A model generated the notes under the pieces. That model saw only the letters and a list, made by a program, of their open reading frames with translations. It made no database searches and was not told the origin of the DNA. Source: a virus (Duplodnaviria > Caudoviricetes). From it: a stretch of 37,452 nt of DNA. Of this stretch, positions 33,599 through 37,452 are shown one piece after another. The first letter of the stretch is position 1. Every line of letters starts with the position of its first letter. The stretch spans positions 1 to 37,452 of IMG/VR virus record IMGVR_UViG_3300013093_000119; one strand, written 5' to 3'. The position numbers and the translations under genes were made by a program.

Positions 33599-34127
33599 AT
33601 TTGCAAAATCAGATGATCAAAACACTGATCCTGCTCCAGTTGCACCAGCACCTGCACCAGCACCTGCACCAGCACCTGCACCTGCTCCTGCAGTTACGGT
33701 AATTGACGTGAATAACAACAATAATCAGAATTCTTCTATTATGGCGCAGCAGACAGTCCAGATGGCTTCTGTTCAGGCGACTGCACAGGCGCAGGCATCA
33801 GTGGGTCTAGCGCAGACATCTATCGATAAAGAGATTGTAGATGAACAGATAAAGCAAGAAGAAGAGCATTGGGTAAAAGCATACTGGCGCCCTGCAATGG
33901 GATGGTTGTATATGGTAATATGTTTTATGGACTTCATAGGATTCCCACTAACCACGATGTTTTTACCAGTAATATTTAAGGGACTAGGTGTACAATTTAC
34001 CTATGCTCCATGGCAGAGCTTAACATTATCTAATGGTGGATTAATTCACTTAGCATTTGGTGCAATTCTTGGTGTCACAAGCTTCATGCGTGGACAAGAG
34101 AAGTTAGCTAAGATAAATGGCCAGTAA
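33591..34127 (+). CDS. Membrane protein, 3TM/GTA-type holin-like family, with N-terminal Pro-Ala linker
   Basis: W...WRPAMGWLYMVICFMDFIGFP...WQSLTL..GGLIHLAFGAILGV...RGQEKL; GAGG RBS. Confidence 0.7.
   Translation: MAKFAKSDDQNTDPAPVAPAPAPAPAPAPAPAPAVTVIDVNNNNNQNSSIMAQQTVQMASVQATAQAQASVGLAQTSIDKEIVDEQIKQEEEHWVKAYWRPAMGWLYMVICFMDFIGFPLTTMFLPVIFKGLGVQFTYAPWQSLTLSNGGLIHLAFGAILGVTSFMRGQEKLAKINGQ
33630..33692 (+). repeat. Pro-Ala microsatellite (GCACCAGCACCT x3 core), followed by a poly-Asn tract
   Basis: PAPVAPAPAPAPAPAPAPAPA in the holin-like ORF. Confidence 0.85.
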
Positions 34128-36111
34128 AAATCAAAATGTTGTTAATTGGCTAGGACGTAAATACACCTTAAACGAAGAAGGTGACGTAATAGACGAGTTG
34201 AATACCAAGATAGGCGGCAAGATGGCCGACACTATCAAGGAGCAACTGTCTATGCAGCAAGCCGAGGCTCAAGAGACCAAAGCAAATAAGAAGCTTCCAA
34301 AGCCACCTGAAGTAGAGGATGCAGTAGACGCTGAGAAGGTATCTGACACTTCTAGTAGCGATGAGCCGAAGACTCCAAAAAAAAGAGGTATATTTGGTAG
34401 AGCTGCTAGAAAGTTTGGTCGTAATCTTTTTGCCGCAATGTTTCCAAAGCTATCTGTATTTTTACAGGAGTTAAAGGATGAAGAAGACGAGAATAGAAGG
34501 ACTAGCCAAAACTTAGACACACACATGCAGTATGTGTCTGAGCAGTTAAATGAGACTAATAATCTACTAATGCAACTAAACCTAGAGATGACCAAAATGC
34601 TTGGTCTTCTCGGCCAAATCATCTCTAAGGGTGGTTCTGGTGGTCAGGGAGGTGGTAGTTTTGGTAAGAGTCTAGTCGGTGGACTACTCGGTGGTATACT
34701 AGGTGTAGGTGCAGCAGAAGCAATCCCATACGCACTAAAGTGGTTATCGGGTGATACTAAAGAGAAGTCAGTTCCAGTCTCAGATAACTTAACACCGGCC
34801 CCACCAGCACCTGAAGAGAATATCAGTGCAAACGACTCAATAACTCCAGATATTGTTTTACCTACACAAGCAGCTGACGCTACTAAAGTAAGCCCTTCTA
34901 TACAGACTGTCTCGGATACAGGAAGTAATTTATCTGAGAGAACTATGGCGGCCACTCGTGAGTTCGAGACTGGCTCTGCTAACATGATAACTGCATATAA
35001 TAATATGTCATCAGAGCAGCAGGCTAAAGCCGGGGATCTCGGAGAGAATCTAAACACTTATAAGACTAGTGTAGCACAAAAGTATGGTGTCAAGGACTTT
35101 GCAGTAAGGTCAGCCGACTATGTAGCTCAAGAGGGAGAACTAACTCCTAAGTTCCAGATTAAAGATAACAATGATGCTAATATCGTAAATCCAGAAATTA
35201 AAAAACTTGGTAAAAAAGAAGACTCTGCTAGTGACAAGAATGTCGACATTAATGCAGACAGAATATCATTTAATGCTGATGGTATGTTGTTTAAGCAGTC
35301 TGGTATAACTGAGAGTGATAATCAAGGTTATGGTGGTAATAAATCATCTCTTGGTCCAGGTCCTAGTGGCAATAACGGCGGCGGTGGACTAGGTAACTTT
35401 ATGCCTCCTCCCCCAGAGTTGGCGACCGTAAAATCTAAGACTGGAGCATCTGCAAAAGTAGCAGCCCAGTATAAAGACAGATTCCAAGGACTCGTAGACT
35501 ATCTAGACCAATATAATCCTGGTTATATCAAGGCACTAGGCGGCTACGAAGCCAGAATGAACGTAAATGATGGTACTAAAGTAAGTGCCCACGCGTACGG
35601 GGCAGCTCTAGACATTAATCCCGCTGAGAATCCAAACGGATCTACAAAGTCTACGCTTCCTCCTGGAATAGCAATGGTGGCGCGCTCTTTTGGCCTTGGA
35701 TGGGGAATGTTATGGAATAGTAATAAAGATCCTATGCACTTCTCTGCTATGCCTAGAGAGGGTGGATCTGGGGATATGTTTGTTCCATCATCTAGTATGA
35801 CTCCATCGGCTACATCTGCTGATAGTTCTTCTGGTAGTTTTGTAATGAGTGCTCCATCTAAAGGATCTACTCTATCGACTGTGTCGTCGTCTAGCATGAG
35901 CACAACTGCTCCTAGCTCGGCTCCTGTTCCTACTATAGTATCTGCTACTTCTTCTCCTCCAGATCCAAACTATCAGGCAGCTATTCCTGCAAAGTTAAAG
36001 AATCCTAACATAGCAGGAAATGTTGAGCCTGACGATGCTCACATATTATATAAAGAACTATTTGGACCTGCAATAAATCTCTCATATTCTAATCATGATG
36101 AAGTAAGATAA
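34117..36111 (+). CDS. Tape-measure-like virion protein with C-terminal M15-family Zn peptidase (peptidoglycan hydrolase)
   Basis: Helical N-terminal part with a Gly-rich hydrophobic segment; GGYEAR...SAHAYGAALDIN...GLGWG..W...DPMHFS matches the SxHxxGxAxD...D/ExxH M15 signature (about 35440-35750). Confidence 0.75.
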   Translation: MASKNQNVVNWLGRKYTLNEEGDVIDELNTKIGGKMADTIKEQLSMQQAEAQETKANKKLPKPPEVEDAVDAEKVSDTSSSDEPKTPKKRGIFGRAARKFGRNLFAAMFPKLSVFLQELKDEEDENRRTSQNLDTHMQYVSEQLNETNNLLMQLNLEMTKMLGLLGQIISKGGSGGQGGGSFGKSLVGGLLGGILGVGAAEAIPYALKWLSGDTKEKSVPVSDNLTPAPPAPEENISANDSITPDIVLPTQAADATKVSPSIQTVSDTGSNLSERTMAATREFETGSANMITAYNNMSSEQQAKAGDLGENLNTYKTSVAQKYGVKDFAVRSADYVAQEGELTPKFQIKDNNDANIVNPEIKKLGKKEDSASDKNVDINADRISFNADGMLFKQSGITESDNQGYGGNKSSLGPGPSGNNGGGGLGNFMPPPPELATVKSKTGASAKVAAQYKDRFQGLVDYLDQYNPGYIKALGGYEARMNVNDGTKVSAHAYGAALDINPAENPNGSTKSTLPPGIAMVARSFGLGWGMLWNSNKDPMHFSAMPREGGSGDMFVPSSSMTPSATSADSSSGSFVMSAPSKGSTLSTVSSSSMSTTAPSSAPVPTIVSATSSPPDPNYQAAIPAKLKNPNIAGNVEPDDAHILYKELFGPAINLSYSNHDEVR

Positions 36112-37452
36112 TGGATAATCTAAAAACACAGTCAGAGAATGAGTCATTAAGTGATGTGAGTACTGCGCTAAGCTCATTAGACGCAGCGCTGAATACTGTT
36201 AATGAGAAGTATAACCAAGCATTCCAAGAGAGCAGAAGAACTATAACTAGAGCAGATGACCGTGCTCAAGAATACGGTGCTGCATTTAGAATCATGAATG
36301 AGACTCTTCGTGTTATAGTTAGTAAGCAGTCTATGGCTGTTAACATACTTCAAAATGGCGTAAGAGAGGAAGCAGGTGGTGGTGACTCATTACTAAACTT
36401 GCTTGGGAAGAAGTTACGCAATAAGCTCGCAAAGATGGCTGAGCAGAGAGCAGAAGAGAATGCTGCTAAGAAGATCTTGAAAGAGACTGAGAGAAGAATA
36501 GAGGCAGAGGCTAAATCTATCAAGAGCGAAGCTGAGTCAAAGGCTCTCAAGGCAGAGCGCGATGCTGCAAAGGCAGAGGCTAAAGCAGCTAAGGCAGAGA
36601 TTGATGCAGAGAAGGCGATCGCCGATGCACAAAAGTCAAGAGCTGAAGCAGAAGCTGCAGGCAAAGAATCTCGACAGGCTGCAAAGGAAGAGAGACAAGC
36701 TCAGACTAGAATTACTAAGGCTGCTGAGGAGAGAGCACGCGCAGAGGAAGCAAAGAGAGAAGCTCGCATAGCAAGATCAGAGCAGAGAGCAATCGACACT
36801 GTAGCAGAAGAGACTGCTGCAAAGGCAGAGGCGCTACGACTTTCTCGTAAGTTAAATGGAGCTAAGCAGACACTAGCTGATGCAGAGAAGATTATAGGTA
36901 AGCCAGTAGTTACACCTGAGCTTATAGCATCTGGTGCAATCGAGCATACTACCGGTGGTGGTTGGGTAGTCAAGGGTGGAATTACTGCCGAGCAGGAAGC
37001 TGCACTAAAAGATATTGGTGTGACTAGCACTAAAAAAGGTGCATTCTTATCTAGACAAACTGTAGAGAGAGTATTACAGGCAAAGTCCAGACAAGAAGTC
37101 ATGGCCAAACTAGATAAGACACTTTTAACTATTTTAGTTAAAAAACAAGTTGCTAAAGCAGCTAGTCTTGCTATGCCTGTCGGAATTGGTGCATTATTTG
37201 GAGTAGCTTTTGGTCTAGAGCGACTTAATAAATGGGATTTTACTGGATTCTTTGCTAATGTTATTAGTGGAGGTGCAGCAGTGTTGCCTTACATAGGAAC
37301 ACTTGCCTCACTAGCAATTGATGCTGGAGAAGCTGCTAGAGAGATCTACATGGATATGTTCGGAGGAACAGATCCTTTAACAGATCCCGACTATGATACA
37401 AAGATAGAGATATTCAAGGAATATTTCTTAAAAGAGTTTGAAGAGTTTAAGA
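36111..37452 (+). CDS. Tape-measure-like (gp29-like) protein, partial; not in the ORF track
   Basis: ATG overlaps the upstream TAA; open to the window end: MDNLKTQSENESL...E/A/K/R-rich helix...MPVGIGALFGVAFGLERL..WDFTG...SGGAAVLPYIGTLASLAIDAGEAARE. Confidence 0.7.
   Translation, partial: MDNLKTQSENESLSDVSTALSSLDAALNTVNEKYNQAFQESRRTITRADDRAQEYGAAFRIMNETLRVIVSKQSMAVNILQNGVREEAGGGDSLLNLLGKKLRNKLAKMAEQRAEENAAKKILKETERRIEAEAKSIKSEAESKALKAERDAAKAEAKAAKAEIDAEKAIADAQKSRAEAEAAGKESRQAAKEERQAQTRITKAAEERARAEEAKREARIARSEQRAIDTVAEETAAKAEALRLSRKLNGAKQTLADAEKIIGKPVVTPELIASGAIEHTTGGGWVVKGGITAEQEAALKDIGVTSTKKGAFLSRQTVERVLQAKSRQEVMAKLDKTLLTILVKKQVAKAASLAMPVGIGALFGVAFGLERLNKWDFTGFFANVISGGAAVLPYIGTLASLAIDAGEAAREIYMDMFGGTDPLTDPDYDTKIEIFKEYFLKEFEEFK

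Noticed and set aside
32774-37108. Minus-strand ORFs in the rightward operon and the + strand 36562-36771 ORF
   Set aside because: Antisense or out-of-frame shadows of gp26, the holin-like gene and the tape-measure-like genes.
1-37452. Alternative genetic code (stop reassignment)
   Set aside because: Genes are long and tile the window under code 11, with TAA, TGA and TAG all used as stops.

Overview
The whole window is the late (virion morphogenesis) region of a large, AT-rich T4-like myovirus with a cyanophage/alphaproteobacterial-phage-type gene order; the host cannot be determined from this window. A leftward operon (30865 to <1) encodes gp48, gp53, a gp27-like hub, a gp5 spike split into two genes, PAAR, gp25, gp6, gp7, a greatly expanded gp8, a DUF4815/VrlC-like protein split into two genes, and a cluster of fibre and adaptor proteins. 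A rightward operon (30925 to >37452) encodes gp4, gp2, a gp54/gp19-like tube protein, gp26, a start-less gp51-like frame, a 3TM-holin-like protein and two tape-measure-like proteins, one carrying an M15 peptidase. Two perfect T4 late promoters (TATAAATA) lie face-to-face between the operons. The most notable observations are: (1) a textbook -1 ribosomal frameshift signal (T TTT TTT, 7-nt spacer, stem-loop) that would fuse gp26 to gp51, a lambda G/GT-like tail chaperone strategy in a T4-like phage; (2) a Cys-rich, membrane-anchored C-terminal domain at the exact point where the DUF4815 gene is split; (3) a gp5 whose lysozyme is replaced by a long hydrophobic helical region; (4) a possible plug-and-socket chain of fibre subunits via C-terminal DGGxF motifs. 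All family assignments come from motif recognition without database searches.
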